Positions 54,077 through 54,903 of a stretch of DNA of 54,903 nucleotides are shown here, in pieces. A program made the translations under genes and the position numbers. The notes below the pieces were generated by a model, which saw only the letters and a list, made by a program, of their open reading frames with translations, was not told the origin of the DNA and made no database searches. This stretch comes from Craspedostauros australis (taxonomy: Eukaryota), in assembly GCA_030167865.1 (NCBI GenBank), contig JALAGF010000598.1, positions 1 to 54,903 on the forward strand, in the 5' to 3' direction. The number at the start of each line of letters is the position of its first letter. Position 1 is the stretch's first letter.

Positions 54077-54903
54077 ATGACTTCGAACAACCAACCCAAC
54101 ACGAGCCANNNNNNNNNNNNNNNNNNNNNNNNAGCACCAACTTTGAAGCCTCCGCCCAAGGAGCCCGACAAACCCCCAGCCAAAGGAAGTATAGATGCAA
54201 GCAACCAACACCGAGCCCGAAGACAAGCAAAAAGAGCGATCCCGTACGACGGCGGAATGGAGGAGGACGATCCAGATGACGTGTCCATCACATACAGGCC
54301 CCGATCCAATACATTCAAGACAGCAGCCAACAAGACAGGCGTCGAAGTAGAGCCATTCGAGAAAGCCACCGGCGACGGATCCATCGACAGAGCCGCAAAG
54401 GCAGCATGGAGAGCAAGAGCGATATGGTACAATAAAGACGAAGCAACCGCAGATCGAGAGAATCCAACAACCAAGCAATGGGAACACTTTTTCAGAGACC
54501 TGGCTGACGGCAGAGTAACCGCTTTCGGGCCAATCACACTGCCCAACAAAGACCCCACGAGAATGCGCCTCCTACAGTTCGTGCTAAACGTGGCATCCAC
54601 CAACCCGCACGAAGTGTTCCGCGCCCATCTCAACAGCAACGGCACAGTGAAAAGCGCCAGAGCAGTCAAAGTCTGGAAAGCGGCTAACCGAGTCCTCGGA
54701 TCCAACTACGATCTGGGAGCAGCACCTGCCGAAGACGCAGACGACAACGAGACAGGCATGGAAGGGCTGACATTACACACCAACGAGGACTCCCCTACCA
54801 ACCCCAACGAATCGAAAGGACCAGCAGCGGCGTCAATGCCAACACATCTGAACACAGAATCGCTCAGCACCGATAGTGACTCATACACCAGCAGACAGCC
54901 AAC
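54077..54903 (+). mobile_element. 5' part of a long ORF running off the window; probable non-LTR retrotransposon ORF1
   Basis: ATG 54077 (MTSNNQPNTS) stays in frame across the 24-N gap with a stop-free frame to the window end (APTLKPPPKEPDKPPAKGSIDA...). Strong A-rich/T-poor strand bias unlike neighbouring genes, plus an A-rich leader at 54010-54076. No RT or endonuclease is visible in the window. Confidence 0.5.
54109..54132. other. Assembly gap (N run)
   Basis: Run of N characters in the sequence. Confidence 0.99.

Noticed and set aside
53893..54705. 270-aa hydrophobic minus-strand ORF
   Set aside because: Antisense of the A-rich plus-strand ORF; hydrophobicity follows from T-richness, and it spans an N gap.

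Overview
Eukaryotic nuclear DNA, not prokaryotic. It has GT-AG introns, many microsatellites and two assembly gaps. The gene content (DUF6824 family, COG3899-type NTPase-TPR proteins, GPI-type multi-fasciclins, bipartite plastid-targeting signal) points to a diatom, probably pennate; this assignment is inference. Gene order: large STAND/COG3899-like NTPase (+), secreted 2OG-Fe(II) oxygenase (-), three tandem 4xFAS1 GPI-type fasciclins (-), second STAND/COG3899-like NTPase (+), IPNS/DIOX-like 2OG oxygenase (+), three tandem CRAL-TRIO-like+DUF6824 genes (-, two from a recent 2840-bp duplication), a diatom-type RVxF/RGLE protein (-), a BIRC6-type UBC E2 (-), a type II membrane TupA-like ATP-grasp protein (+), RBM42-like RRM protein (+), ABHD17-like depalmitoylase (+, 2 exons), signal-peptide-bearing GalE (-, 3 exons), NDUFA1/MWFE (-, 2 exons, split in the ORF track), a J-domain protein (-), and an A-rich ORF running off the right edge that resembles a non-LTR retrotransposon ORF1. 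No proven new system is visible. The best candidates are (i) a cell-surface/adhesion locus (FLA-like fasciclins beside a secretory P4H-like hydroxylase, with a lumenal ATP-grasp ligase and a signal-peptide GalE further along) and (ii) a pair of effector-less STAND NTPases bracketing the fasciclin array, one with degenerate GxP/MHD-like motifs. All family assignments come from motif recognition by eye; no database searches were run.
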